Origin: Octopus bimaculoides
Taxonomy: Eukaryota
Assembly (NCBI RefSeq): GCF_001194135.2
Contig: NC_068985.1
Coordinates: 18,904,838 to 18,968,837 of the forward strand
DNA: 64,000 nt
Direction: 5' to 3'
Part shown: positions 25,363 through 38,290 of the stretch, piece after piece
Position numbering within the stretch: position 1 is the stretch's first letter
Layout of the letters: every line of letters starts with the position of its first letter
Position numbers and translations under genes: made by a program
Notes under the pieces: generated by a model
What the model saw: the letters and a program-made list of their open reading frames with translations, nothing else
The model's database searches: none
Told to the model about the DNA's origin: nothing

Positions 25363-26699
25363 CTAGAAAATATAAAAAATATGACAAAAAAAAAAACAGT
25401 ATAACAGAAAATCTCATTTGGATATATCTATTTTTCATATTCATTAGTACTTTGGCATTCAAAGCTAAATAATTTTAATTTTCAAATGACTCAATTAAAT
25501 AATGAAAGTCTTCCTTTTTAATTTTTAATTACTCATTTGGTTGAATTTACTCTTGGGTGATGAAATTAATTCATACAGTTGTTTAAATCCTAGAATTTAT
25601 TTAGGATTCAAGAATATGAATTGATCAGATTGTTAAAAAACAAATTAATAATTTTTATGAATCCAAAAATTATTTCGATGACAAAAAATTCATAATTTTG
25701 ATGAAAAGAAAAATTACTACTACATGGTCCCCAAACAATCGCAGCTATTACAAGGGAGATAATCATTTCATCACAATATGAAGCAGGATTATAAACTTGA
25801 AATTGAAATTAAACATGAAGTAAAAGAATAAAAGAATGAAACCAGTTCAAATAATCTTATCATGTTGTTGAAGAAAGCTGAATAAATAAATAAATAAATC
25901 ACTGTCATGTTAAACAATTTATGATTTAAATTTGTTCCATCTTACATTACAATCCACTTTCTTCTCAATAGGACACTTTATTTCTAGTGAAGTTAAGTTC
26001 ATATATATCCCCATCATCATATAACATCTGTCTTCCATGCTGACATGAGTTGGGCAATTTGATAGAGGCTACTGGGTCAGAGGACTGCACCAAGCTCCAC
26101 TGGCTACTTTGGAATGGTTTTTAAAGCTGGATGCCTTTCCTAATGCCAACCACCTTACAGAGTGGAGTGGGTGCTTTTTACTGTATATAGTATGTTTGTG
26201 ATATGAAATTAGGAGACAGGCACATTGAATATCTTATGATATAGCTCATATGCTACCCCACCACCAAACAAAAATGCAAAAAAGCCAGGTGGCTGTCAAG
26301 ACAAAGAAAACACCAGATGATAAGCCTACTAACTACATTTATAACATCTGACATATTCAAGCAGACTTGTTTAAAGCCAGTCTTACAAACCTTTTGTAAA
26401 TAAAAGATGCACAATTTTTGCATAATTAAATAAAGACCTTAACACTGACAAGAATTAGTTCTATAAAAAAAATGTATTAACATTAGTTTCTTCTGGCTAG
26501 AAGTGTAGAGCTAATTTGGTTGTAGCAAAATATAGCTGATTTAGTTAATATTAGTATATAAGTAGGTGGTGACTAATTAGAGTCATTAGAGCTGTGGTTT
26601 GCAATCTTTTTAATATCTGGGCCAGATTCAAAACCAAGATTTTTTTTTAGTGGGCTGCACCAAAAAAAAGTAAAGCACAATTAAAGAAAAATTTATTAT

Positions 26700-26968
26700 A
26701 TTTATAAACTGAGGTGGCACATAAAATACACCATCTTGAGCGTGGGCGTTGCCAGTACCGCCTGACTGGCCTTCGTGCGGGTGACACGTAGAAGCACCCA
26801 CTACACTCTCTGAGTGGTTGGCATTAGGAAGGGCATCCAGCCGTAGAAACTCTGCCAAATCAGATTGGAGCCTGGTGTAGCCATCTGGTTTCACCAGTCC
26901 TCAGTCAAATAGTCCAACCCATGCTAGCATGGAAAGCGGACGTTAAACAACGATGATGATGATGAAGA
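26700..26968 (+). mobile_element. Young RTE 3' end with (GAT)n tail
   Basis: Near-identical copies at about 2860-3068, 17490, 22840, 28965, 32640, 36480, 39116 and 49140. Confidence 0.85.
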
Positions 26969-27538
26969 CCATTGGTGGGGCTACCAGAAGGATACTTGAG
27001 GGCCACATGTGGCCCTGGGATCTGGTTGAGAACTGCTGCATTAGAGTGTCAGGTAAACAGCCTTGCAGTATTTAACTCTACTGCATGCCAAGTTCAAATC
27101 ATGCTCAGTTTAACTGTGCTTTTTATCTTCTATCTTTCCAAGGTCAATAAAGTACTGGTAACATACTGGGATCAGTTCTACTCTCTCTAAGAACCAGCTG
27201 TTTTCAGAAAAGGTTCATGAGAGACCAATCATATCGTCCCTTTCTCCAGAAATGAAGAAAGATTCAATAAGTGGCAGGCTGTTTCTTCTCATAGAAAAAC
27301 TGGTAAGTTACTGGAACTATTCAAAGATGGACCAATAAGCAGTACAGCATGGAAGGGAAATAAAGAAGACACTATATATTACTTGTGTTCACCATAGTCA
27401 ACATTGGTGGGATGAGAACTTAGAATGTAGAGGGAGAGATACTCTAAAGTCTGGTGATGTATTGTTTGTCAACTTACAAACCGCTAAATTTATTAATATT
27501 AAAAATATCAAGAAATTAACAAATTCTTTAAAATTTAC

Positions 27539-27637
27539 CTGCCATCAGGGCAAAAGATTTGCCTCGTGATTTTGAGCTATTGTTAAATATACGTAGTTCA
27601 CTTGTACCGAAATTATAAGGGAGTTCCAGGAATTCTT
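27539..27637 (-). CDS. VPS18: VPS18 exon (EFLELPYNFGTSELRIFNNSSKSRGKSFALMA)
   Basis: Aligns with human FREFPSNLGYSEL..AFAWMM; AG/GT boundaries. Confidence 0.9.
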
Positions 27638-27841
27638 CTGTAATGAGATTGATAAATAAAATACATATATTTATCACAAGAAAAACAAGAAAATCAATTG
27701 ATCAAAAATATATACTTTGATAAACCATTAATAACAGAACAAATAAAAATGAAAACTAGAATCCAAGCAACACTAGATTTGAATAATCAATAATGAAAAT
27801 GTTTTAAATATTCCCTTCAGAGAATCATTACCAGATATAAT

Positions 27842-28380
27842 ATATGGGAACTGATCAAAAAGTATTGGGACTGTTGCTATGGTAACTGAACTAAAGTATG
27901 TAGAATGAAGCTGCTTGGCACAGACTGACCTTGACTTCTGTTGCATCTACACACAAAGTTATAATGTTCTCACTCACTTCTGTTGTTTATAGCAATGCTT
28001 GGAAGTAAAGTGTGTAAAATGTGGTTGTCTCAAAAAGATTGGGTTTCAGTCTACTTGATTGTGTCAAGGAAGACGGAAACTTTTTTTTAAAAAGTCATGA
28101 CACATGATGAATTGTAGGTCTACAACTACGACCCTCACACCAAAGCTTGAAAGGAACAAGATTTTAAGGCATTGAGGAAATCCAAGAGAACGAGACGAAG
28201 CAGCTGCTCACTATCTCAAAAGAGGAATTCCAGGATGCTTCCATCAATGAAAATGATGTTGGAGAATGTGTGTGGCTTCAGAAGGAGACCACCCCAAAGG
28301 AGATTAAATGCCAAATTGATTATGTGTTGTAGTTTTCTTCTTATAGCACCAGTCCTGATACTTTTTGATCAGACCTCGTA
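27842..28380 (+). mobile_element. Internally deleted mariner with both terminal inverted repeats
   Basis: CTGATCAAAAAGTATTGGGACTG / CAGTCCTGATACTTTTTGATCAG termini; decayed C-terminal LKGTRF..IEEIQEN..EEFQD..CVASEGD. Confidence 0.75.
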
Positions 28381-28695
28381 TTTTGGAAGTCATGTCATTC
28401 TAAAAATAAGCAATCACATTGTCTAAATCTCAATGCTACAACATAATACATGATTAATTCAAAACAATGTCAATAAATAAGCATTAGATTTGACTGAGTA
28501 ATCTGAATGCTAAAAGACTAAGTACTGCATTCTTGTGGAACTGTTTTAAGCTAAAGGGATATACACTCTTGTACCATGAAAAGTAAAATATTCAAATATA
28601 TTACCAGGGTACGTTGCATAGTCTTTGAGAAAAAGTAAAAAAAAAAATACATATAAAATGATGGCAAAACAAATTTTGATAGTAAAATACTTTAC

Positions 28696-28784
28696 CTGGG
28701 GTATCAAGGTAAGTTTGAAATAACTGTTGGAATATAGGAGCTTCAGCTGAAGTGGAAACTGTTCCAATAAATTGATAAAGACGA
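28696..28784 (-). CDS. VPS18: VPS18 exon (RLYQFIGTVSTSAEAPIFQQLFQTYLDTP)
   Basis: RLYQFIG matches human RLFQFIG; acceptor follows a long poly-T tract; gtaaag donor. Confidence 0.95.
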
Positions 28785-28818
<34 letters not shown>

Positions 28819-28964
28819 AAAAAAAAACATTTTCAAAAAAAACCAAGAAAGACATTTAGAATACGAATTCTTGCTTTAAGTGAAAATGTTGGCTTCAGTT
28901 TTCTCTTTGTTTATAACAGATTATTCTTAAAACTAACATAGGTTATTCTTAATACTACTGAGCC

Positions 28965-29185
28965 ATCATCATCATCGTTTAACGTCTGCTTTCCATGCTA
29001 GCATGGGTTGGACGATTTGACTGAGGACTGGTGAAACCGGATGGCAACATCAGGCTCCAATCTAAATTTGGCAGAGTTTCTACAGCTGGATGCCCTTCCT
29101 AACGCCAACCACTCAGAGAGTGTAGTAGGTGCTTTTACGTGTCACCCGCACGAAGGCCAGTCAGGCGATACTGGCAATGGCCAAG
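28965..29185 (-). mobile_element. Young RTE 3' end, inverted relative to 26700-26968
   Basis: (CAT)n followed by CGTTTAACGTC..CCATGCTAGCATGG; roughly 90% or more identical to the 26.7-kb copy by eye. Confidence 0.85.
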
Positions 29186-29443
29186 CCATGATGATAACAA
29201 TTCAAGGATTAGTTAATTCAAAAGAACCATAATAATAATTACTGAAGGAAGAACCATTTATTCAACTTAAAATGAACTTCATTTTCTCCTTTAATTTTAA
29301 GTAGAAATATTACTCATTTATTATGAATGTGTAAGTGATATGACACAAACAGTTGAATATAAGAATTAAATATATCCCAGTGAGTCATTTCAGTCTTGAG
29401 CTTATAATCTACCAGAATATATTTTCATAAGATTTGGTCTTAC

Positions 29444-29553
29444 CTAGGAGTTGTAACAAGAACATAGTATTTGCAATCTGTAGGACGCGATGGCATTCGA
29501 TCAAATTCTATGCCAGTGATTGGTTGTACCTTTTCTTTTCCAGCAGTAAATAA
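29444..29553 (-). CDS. VPS18: VPS18 exon (LFTAGKEKVQPITGIEFDRMPSRPTDCKYYVLVTTP)
   Basis: tttcag acceptor, gtaaga donor; aligns with human PVCSLE..FVIATT. Confidence 0.9.
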
Positions 29554-30289
29554 CTGAAATGAAGAACAGTTATAATGACAATAGTTATTCATTAAAGATA
29601 TCCAATAACAATATTCCTATATATTAGTTCTGAAGGTCCAGAAATTCAATATCATCTTTTGAATAAGTAAATTTCATTTGCTTGTTATTTTATATTGCTC
29701 CCCTTACTCTGGAACTGAATAACTTTCATACCTTAGGATAATGTAGTCAACAAATAAAACTAAACAGTAAGTCATTCCAGCCTTAACCATCCTGCCTTTT
29801 TGTATATCCAGGACTATATTATTGAATGTACTCATCCACCATTTTTTGATAGTAGAGTTGACAGGAAGAAAATCTGGTTGCTATTTCTAGCAGGTAGAGT
29901 AACTGTAAAACGACTTCCCTTGTTAGTGCAGCAGTAAGGTGGGTAATTACACCTATTCAATAGTTTTGAACACTATAAAAGGTGTCCAAACAAAATTAAA
30001 AAAGAACATGTTAATTTTTTTTTTAGCATCTAAGAAGCATGCTGACCCCTCCCTACTCCAAAGAAAAGGATCTGACTGCAGAACTCTTAACTAAAAAACT
30101 TGACATATTCTTTTAAAAACATGGGTATTAAACTTCAGTAGGGGTACATATTGTGACCTCTCCTTTTCATAATTTTAAAGAAATGGATTGACATGCACAG
30201 CTGTTGTGTAAGTCATACTACATGGGTGTCGGATTGGTCAGCTGATATTTACAAACATAGAGTTACTTAACTCATTGGAAGGTAATCTT

Positions 30290-30740
30290 TAGCATGTAAT
30301 GAATAGGTTCATTGCTAAGTGCTGCAAGGTAGAGATGAGAAATAATGTTGCAAAGACTGGGATATTGGTCCTCTCTAAAAAGTCTTTGCAGTGCACTCTA
30401 CATGTTAGTGAAACATCACAGAGACAAGTAGAGTGGTTTAAGTATCTTGGGACCATATTCATGAGAGATGGGAAGCCGGAGGCTGAATCAGTTGCAAGAA
30501 TTGCAGGTGCTGGCACATTAATGCACCAGCTTCAGCATTCAGTACTCAGAAGAGGAGTGGTTGGTTAAGTCAAATTTACTATCTTCAATTCGGTTTTTAT
30601 ATCTATCTTCAACTACATGGTCATGAATGTTGGGTAATGACCAAAAGAGTACAATCGCAAATACAAGCTGCCTCTGAGAAATCTCTGAAGTAACATTATT
30701 TAACGAGATGTGTAACTTGGAGGTCAGAGGGTCTCTCCAG
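30290..30740 (+). mobile_element. Degenerate RTE-like RT C-terminal fragment
   Basis: QVEWFKYLGTIFMRDG motif and following frameshifted RTE-like sequence. Confidence 0.7.
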
Positions 30741-31499
30741 ATGGCACTTCTCTCTTTTAGGAAGCACAAGCACTTACACACACATGTACATACAAGACAG
30801 TAACTTTCACCTACCAAATTCAATCGCAAGGCTTTGGTCGGCCCGAGGCTATAGCAGAAGACACTTGCCCGAGGTGCCATTCAGTGGGACTGAACCCGGA
30901 ACAATGTAGCTAGGAAGCAAGCTTCCTAACCACATAGCCATGCTTGTGCCTACTGTGTCTCCTTATTGAGAAGTCACAGTTCCAGTACTTTGGACATGTA
31001 GTTACAATGTTGCAGGAAAGGATTGTAAAACAGATTTTGTCAAGCTGAGCCAATTGGCAGTGGAACTAGGGTTAGACCAAGAACACGATGGTTGGATTAA
31101 TATCCATAGTCTCACTTGGTCATGCTTGGGAATCCAGTAGAAAAATCTGATGATCGTTGCTTCTGATAGTACCCTATGGAAGCGATGTCTGGGGACTGCA
31201 TCCCCATAGCCCTCCCAGGAATAGTAAGGACGGATAAAAATAAAGATGAACTGAGGAGGTATTTATTCCTCACACTATCTTAGGTCATATGACATAAGAC
31301 TTAAAACATATTCCTTTGATTATTTTTGACAAAATTATAACATTTTGGAATTTTAAATAATTAAAAAACAATGCTGGAAGCAACAACTGGGATTCAAATT
31401 TTCACATACAATCTTTATCATATTAAAAATTGTTATACTATATAAGAGCAGTTTAAACACCAATAATAAAATAAGATAGACATAATCAAATCAACAGAC

Positions 31500-31579
31500 C
31501 TTGGAAACATAGCGATCCACTGTTCGACCAAATATCCGACTGTCATCTCCTCGAGTTAGTTCAGTTTCATAGATTAGTC
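31500..31579 (-). CDS. VPS18: VPS18 exon (GLIYETELTRGDDSRIFGRTVDRYVSK)
   Basis: Aligns with human GHIFEAEL; ctcag acceptor, gtctgt donor; phase 1 in, phase 0 out. Confidence 0.9.
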
Positions 31580-31819
31580 CTGAGGAGCAAACAGTAGAAA
31601 TATGTAGCGTATGAAATTTGACAAGAGAACATCATTCATTTAAAACCTTACATATTTTTAAAACTTATTTTTTCACTCCAATAAAGGAAATATCACAGAT
31701 TTTCTTTGCACCAAATCTTTAATCTCCCAACTGTGCTGATTAAATTTTTACTGGTGATGTAACACAATATATGCAAATCAGTTCTCAAAATCTCTTTCTG
31801 TTGGCTATTAAAAATAAAA

Positions 31820-32020
31820 TACAGTAATCCCTCGAATATCACGGGTGTTATGTTCCAAAACTCCTCATGATAGGTGAAAATCTGTGAAGTAGGAACAGTA
31901 CTATACATTTTTTTAATTTTTATAATTCTATTTTTATAATTTGTATATATTTTTTTAATTATAAATGCAAAACAACCACACGGAGGAATTGATGTGAGCT
32001 TAAATAATAAGCCGCGGTGC
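31820..32020 (+). mobile_element. Tigger-like MITE end
   Basis: TA-CAGTAATCCCTCGAATATCACGGG terminus. Confidence 0.5.
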
Positions 32021-32862
32021 ATACATGACAGAGTGTAAGCGCTCTGAGAGAAAAGTTGGACTTAAGAAGCATCAGATGTGGTGTGCAAGAGGGACGACTG
32101 CACTGGTATGGTCATGTGTTGCGAATGGATGAGGACAGCTGTGTGAAAAGTGTCACACCCTAGCAGCTGAGGGAACTTGTGAAAGAGGTAGAGCCAGGAA
32201 GACCTGGAATGAGGTGGTGAAGTGCAACCTTTGAACATTGGGCCTCACCAAGGCAATGACAAGTGACTGAGACCTTTGGAGATACGCTGTGCTTGAGAAG
32301 AACCAACAAGTCAATTGAGACCATAACCCGTGGCCTATGCCAGTGGTGTATAACCAGCCCACTTATGAGTACCCTTCATTCATTGGACAATAAACTTTGC
32401 TTGTGAAGACCTGTTGAGGCAAGTGAAATCAAAATCGCTGACATGGCCGATGACGTGCCAGTGGAACGTTAAAAGCACCATCTGAGCATGATCGTTGCCA
32501 GGGCCGCTGACTGACTCCTGTGCTGGTGGCATGTAAAAAGCACCATTCGAGCGGGATCATTGCCTTACTGGCACATGAAAAACAACATTCGAGCGTAGTC
32601 ATTGCCAGTGCTGCCAGTCTGGCTCCCATGCAGGTAGCATATAAAAGCACCCACTACACTCTCAGAGTGGTTGGCATTAGGAAGGGCATCCAGCTGTAGA
32701 AACTTTGCCAGATCAAATTGGAGCCTAGTGCAGCTTTCTGGCTCGCCAGTCCTCAGTCAAACCGTCCAACAGATAAATTGGAAGATAAAAGAATTTAGAC
32801 AAAAATATATTCATTCAAACAATTTTGCTGATTATATTTTTAAGGTTTACATTTAAACTGAC

Positions 32863-32947
32863 CTTTAGTTGTACCCAGCAATATAGGACCAGTGAGGGTA
32901 TCATTTGTATTTTGGGTGTTCCAGCCAACAGCATTTATAAGGTTTCC
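32863..32947 (-). CDS. VPS18: VPS18 exon (GNLINAVGWNTQNTNDTLTGPILLGTTK)
   Basis: VGWN and TGPILLGT motifs of the Pep3/Vps18 region; AG/GT boundaries, phase consistent. Confidence 0.95.
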
Positions 32948-33655
32948 CTTTAGAGAGATACAAAGAAAAATATAGTACTACTGCAAAATAGGACAACTTT
33001 AAATGGTTATTAAAAATATTATTATTGATCTCATAAATTCTTTGCATTCAGGAAACAAGTATCAAGACATTTTGATATTTACAACTGAATATAATACACA
33101 GTATTTGATGGTATAAAAGATATACAGGTTTATTAGATGCACCCTAATCTCAGCAGCACCATATTCAAGGTAAAAAAGAAAAGAGATGTTTTTAATGCAT
33201 TACAGCATGTAATATAGTCCCAACTTCATGTAAAGGACCAAAGGTGACTTTTAAAGACATTTATTTTTGAGAAAAAGCATGTCTTGCATACCATTTAATA
33301 TGGTACTTTTATGGTACTTAATACGGTGTTCAGAAAATTTATTTATTCTTTTAGGAATTGACTTCTTTTTTAAAAAGCAGAAAGGCAGGCAGCTATGTTG
33401 CATAATATACCTACGTCTCACTACATTAGTTTTGGTTGAGTTTCAAGCCTTGGGTATTTGCTCTAATGAGAATGATTAAATATATATATACATATATATA
33501 TATAATGACGTCAGCACTGGCAAGTTTTAAACTCAGAAAAGTGAATTATCCTAAACATTACATAAAGTTATATAGAGTTCAGGTAGTGTCTTTGTATTTA
33601 AATTTTTTTTTCTTATTCATAAGACTTCAGTGCAATAATATTGGTTCTGATTTCA

Positions 33656-33848
33656 TTAACTTTTAGCATTTCAACTGGTCAAATTCATCTCAAATATTCT
33701 ACCTATTTTATGTTCAAAGTGATCCAACCTCTCATGCCTAGCCAGCAATGTTATCATCAAAATCTCAAAGCTACGAGACAATGCATGTCAAACAATGTGA
33801 ATATATAAGCATTGCATTTGATAGAATCATCTGAATGTTAAAGGGTTA
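33656..33848. mobile_element. piggyBac-like MITE
   Basis: TTAAC..TTTAGCATT / AATGTTAAAGGGTTA ends; related copies near 22100, 28400 and 55645-55873. Confidence 0.55.
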
Positions 33849-34508
33849 CAAGCAACACAGATAAGTCAGCCCATGCTGGATCCCAAGTCAACACCGATCT
33901 AGATATTTCAATAATTATCATCATTGATAATAAAATTTGACATCCATCACCAATAACCCAGACAAATTCAATAATCTTTTACTGGTATTCTAGATAAATA
34001 CAAAACATGTAAACAAATGTGGTTGAAAAATGTTTTAATCTTAAGACCCAAAGTGTGAGTTTGGTCCAACTGTAAAAATCTTGCATTGACTAAATCTGGT
34101 TTGTTTATCATAGCCACAAACATCATGAAGGCTTCAAAGATATAAAATAAAAACTGAAAACACCAAATCATGATCTGCATGGGATACGTCCATGCCACAC
34201 TCCACGCAATCAAACATTACATGATTGAAATTATGTGATGTGGTAGACTGTCATGTATATTGTAATTACTGGTTATTTCAGTGCAGAGCTGACTAAGGCC
34301 ACATAATAACAATCTTATAATGTAGTAATTATTTAAAAAAACAATGCAATAATTTTAATTTAGAAATAAAAAGCTAATAGTTGATTGAAGCTAGAAAGTA
34401 AATATCTATGTTTAAAAAAAAAAATTATATTTGGAAGAGTTAAAAAAAAACTAAAATAATATTTGAAATACGAGATATATATCATAAGCAAATATTAAAA
34501 CAACGAAC

Positions 34509-34660
34509 CTTTAGTTTACTTATTGTCTTTGTTTTTTTAGAATTACGACACAAGTAATAAACCTCAGCTGATTGTTCCATACTGATGAGTAGATGACGGC
34601 CAGTTGGGTCGAGGAATATTTTGTGAATTCTATCCTCTATCATTTTTGGCAGTTCAATTT
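34509..34660 (-). CDS. VPS18: VPS18 exon (EIELPKMIEDRIHKIFLDPTGRHLLISMEQSAEVYYLCRNSKKTKTISKLK)
   Basis: HKIFLDPTGRHLLIS matches human HKMFLDHTGSHLLIA; AG/GT boundaries. Confidence 0.95.
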
Positions 34661-35949
34661 CTGCAAAAAGGCAAATATTGTTTCGTTTCTGTATTTGGTT
34701 AGTAAGATTCTTGATGTGAATGTGTGTGTTGAAATAAATTTTGTTGTGTCTTGGGAGGGTCATCACACCAATAATAATAACACATACACAAGTTCAATTC
34801 CACTTCTTGAAGCTCTGTGTGTGTGTGTGTGTTATTATTGGCATATTGACTCTCCTCAGAACAGCAAATATTGTTTCTAATCATATATACAGACAAATGT
34901 TTTAACTTTACCTGTCATTAACACAAAAGATAACATTTTGTTTTTTGACAATTTGAATTGAGAAAATATTCATGTTGCATTCAATACTTCCTGTTAGTCA
35001 AGCAAGTAGAAAAATGATAAGAGCCCATATAATAGTGTCTTACATAGGATAGGAAATAAATAGATTTAGAAAGAGACTATGAGTGAGAGTAATTTGAAGT
35101 CTTTGTTACTGATGTTTAGTTGGGAGAAAGACAAGTGTTAAAGATATTGTTCTATGGGAGTACATAACAGGGAGTGTGGATTCCTATTTCATCCCAACTG
35201 AAAATAACATATACAATAATGAAAGATGCATTACATAAGAAAACGAAAAAGAAAGGGCATTGGAGGGGCAATGCATACCATGGGCACAGATAATATTTTT
35301 GGCAAATTATAGTATGGCTATGTGTTGCTGATCCACGCTTTATAACTGAACTGAATTCATTTTTTTTTTAACTATCACCATTATTGGTATTTATACTCTG
35401 GTGAAATTAAGAAATCAACTCGTAAATAAATGAAACTCTTGAATTTATCACTGTATACCCACACATAGTTGCATATCTATGTATGTATGTACGTATGCAC
35501 ACATATACACAAATAAAGTACACCATGATATATACACATGCAGACAAGGGTCAATTCATATGAAAAAGAAAGTGAACAAAATAATATGGTCACTTGCTTA
35601 TTGGGAAATTTTTAAGTTTGATTTAAAAAAAAAAATTTTGATACCAATGCTCTTGAGACCACCCTTGGCTCTGTGGAACAAACCCCTTGTTTTCAAGTGA
35701 TCTAGATTAAAACTATCCACCAACAGTTCATGCTAATTTATGTTCCAAACAGCAGTTTAATAATGACAAAATTTTTGGACAAAAAAATCTCCATTTCTTT
35801 TCAAAATTATTTTAAACAGAAGTAGTGTTTATTAGCAAAAAAAAATGTGGTAACAAAAGGATTAAAAGCAATCTCATGTATATCTATTGTTTTAAATGAG
35901 CTAAGTGCAAAATATATGAACAGAAGATGAACAGTTAAGAAATACTAAC

Positions 35950-35996
35950 CGTCTTGTTGATGAGGATGCATCATATCCACTCGAATTATAACATTG
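35950..35996 (-). CDS. VPS18: VPS18 exon (NVIIRVDMMHPHQQD)
   Basis: ttgcag acceptor, gttagt donor; aligns with human LLRIDLGKANEPN; its final G plus AA of the next exon gives GAA (E). Confidence 0.8.
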
Positions 35997-37532
35997 CTGC
36001 AAGTAGCAATCACTAAGAACCTACTACAAACAGTCATAGACAAAATTCTATCATGTGGTCTACAAAAGAAGATAATAATATATAATTGCAATAGTTAAAT
36101 AATCAATACTAATACAAACATCAGTTGTTTAAACTTTGAACAAACTTTTAAGAATTAAATTTAGGGATTTCATCACAAAACAATAAGATGATACTGGAAT
36201 GACTCCACTATCTATTTAAATGTATTCATGTAGAAACTAATACATTTAGTAAGATTCATCAATTTTACTAATATTTTTTCCCTTACAACTTTAGAATTAT
36301 CATCATCATCATCATTCACTTCTCCATACTTGCATGGGTCAGAGAGAATTTGTTGAGGCAGAGTTTCTACAGCCAGATGCCCTTCCTGTTGCTAACTCTC
36401 ATTTGTTTCCAAGCAAGAAAATATTTCCTTATGACCAGACATCTTTTACATGCAAGACTGGAAATAAACCTTTCACAGGATCATCATCATCGTTTAACGT
36501 CCGCTTTCCATGCTAGCATGGGTTGGACGATTTGACTGAGGACTGGTGAAACCGGATGGCAACACCAGGCTCCAGTCTGATTTGGCAGAGTTTCTACAGC
36601 TGGATGCCCTTCCTAACGCCAACCACTCAGAGAGTGTAGTGGGTGCTTTTACGTGTCACCCGCACGAAAACGGCCACGCTCGAAATGGTGTCTTTTATGT
36701 GCCACCCGNNNNNNNNNNNNNNNNNNNNNNNNNNNNNNNNNNNNNNNNNNNNNNNNNNNNNNNNNNNNNNNNNNNNNNNNNNNNNNNNNNNNNNNNNNNN
36801 NNNNNNNNNNNNNNNNNNNNNNNNNNNNNNNNNNNNNNNNNNNNNNNNNNNNNNNNNNNNNNNNNNNNNNNNNNNNNNNNNNNNNNNNNNNNNNNNNNNN
36901 NNNNNNNNNNNNNNNNNNNNNNNNNNNNNNNNNNNNNNNNNNNNNNNNNNNNNNNNNNNNNNNNNNNNNNNNNNNNNNNNNNNNNNNNNNNNNNNNNNNN
37001 NNNNNNNNNNNNNNNNNNNNNNNNNNNNNNNNNNNNNNNNNNNNNNNNNNNNNNNNNNNNNNNNNNNNNNNNNNNNNNNNNNNNNNNNNNNNNNNNNNNN
37101 NNNNNNNNNNNNNNNNNNNNNNNNNNNNNNNNNNNNNNNNNNNNNNNNNNNNNNNNNNNNNNNNNNNNNNNNNNNNNNNNNNNNNNNNNNNNNNNNNNNN
37201 NNNNNNNNNNNNNNNNNNNNNNNNNNNNNNNNNNNNNNNNNNNNNNNNNNNNNNNNNNNNNNNNNNNNNNNNNNNNNNNNNNNNNNNNNNNNNNNNNNNN
37301 NNNNNNNNNNNNNNNNNNNNNNNNNNNNNNNNNNNNNNNNNNNNNNNNNNNNNNNNNNNNNNNNNNNNNNNNNNNNNNNNNNNNNNNNNNNNNNNNNNNN
37401 NNNNNNNNNNNNNNNNNNNNNNNNNNNNNNNNNNNNNNNNNNNNNNNNNNNNNNNNNNNNNNNNNNNNNNNNNNNNNNNNNNNNNNNNNNNNNNNNNNNN
37501 NNNNNNNNNNNNNNNNNNNNNNNNNNNNNNNN

Positions 37533-37870
37533 GAGTTACTACCTACTCCTTTTCTACATACTGAGCAGGGCCATCTACCTGAAGGGGTTTGTGTTTTATC
37601 TACCTTCCTACTTATTAGGATTTTGGTTTTAGCTAGGTTGACTCTAAGGCCCTTCAATTCTAGACCTTGCTTCCACATCTGAAACTTCTCCTCTAGTTCT
37701 GATAGTGACTCCGCAATTAGGGCAAGGTCATCAGCATAGAGGAGCTCCCAGGGGCAACCTGTCTTGAACTCCTCTGTGATTGCCTGGAGGACTATGGTAA
37801 ATAATAGGGGGCTGAGGACGGAACCTTGGTGGACCCCTACCTCTACCCGGAATTCATTGCTGTACTCATC
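37533..37870 (-). mobile_element. RTE-clade LINE reverse transcriptase fragment
   Basis: Open frame GVHQGSVLSPLLF..PWELLYADDLAL..GLRVNLAKTK. Its 3' tail resumes at 36480-36708 across the N gap. Confidence 0.92.
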
Positions 37871-38094
37871 TCGATAAAAGTATACAAAAACACATACACA
37901 TACATAAATGTGTGTGAGTGTGTGTGTGTAAGTGTGTATAAATTGGAGACCCCCTTCGGTCACGAATGACCATGGGATTGCACCTAGAAAGTTACCCTCT
38001 GAGGCACAAGTCCAGGCAAGGTTATTTATAGAAGACCAATAGTCGCCCATGCATACCAGTCTCCCCTCTCTATGCCATCGATGTCATCCAAGGT

Positions 38095-38290
38095 CCAAGG
38101 GAAAGGCAAAGGCCGATACAGCTTGGCACCAAGTGATGTCGCAACTTATTTCTACAGCTGAGTGAACTGGAGCAACTTGAAATAAAGTATCTTGCTCAAG
38201 AACACAACACGCAGCCCGGTCTGGGATTCGAACTCCCAACCTCATGGTCATAAGTTCGACGCTCTAACTACTGAGCCATGCACCTTCACG
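38095..38290 (-). mobile_element. tRNA-derived SINE (fourth family)
   Basis: Head GGTGCATGGCTCAGTAGTTAG..GTTCGAATCCC; a related plus-strand copy at about 41280-41450. Confidence 0.7.

Noticed and set aside
28546-28695. ORF extensions around the 28696-28784 exon
   Set aside because: Intronic read-through of low-complexity sequence.
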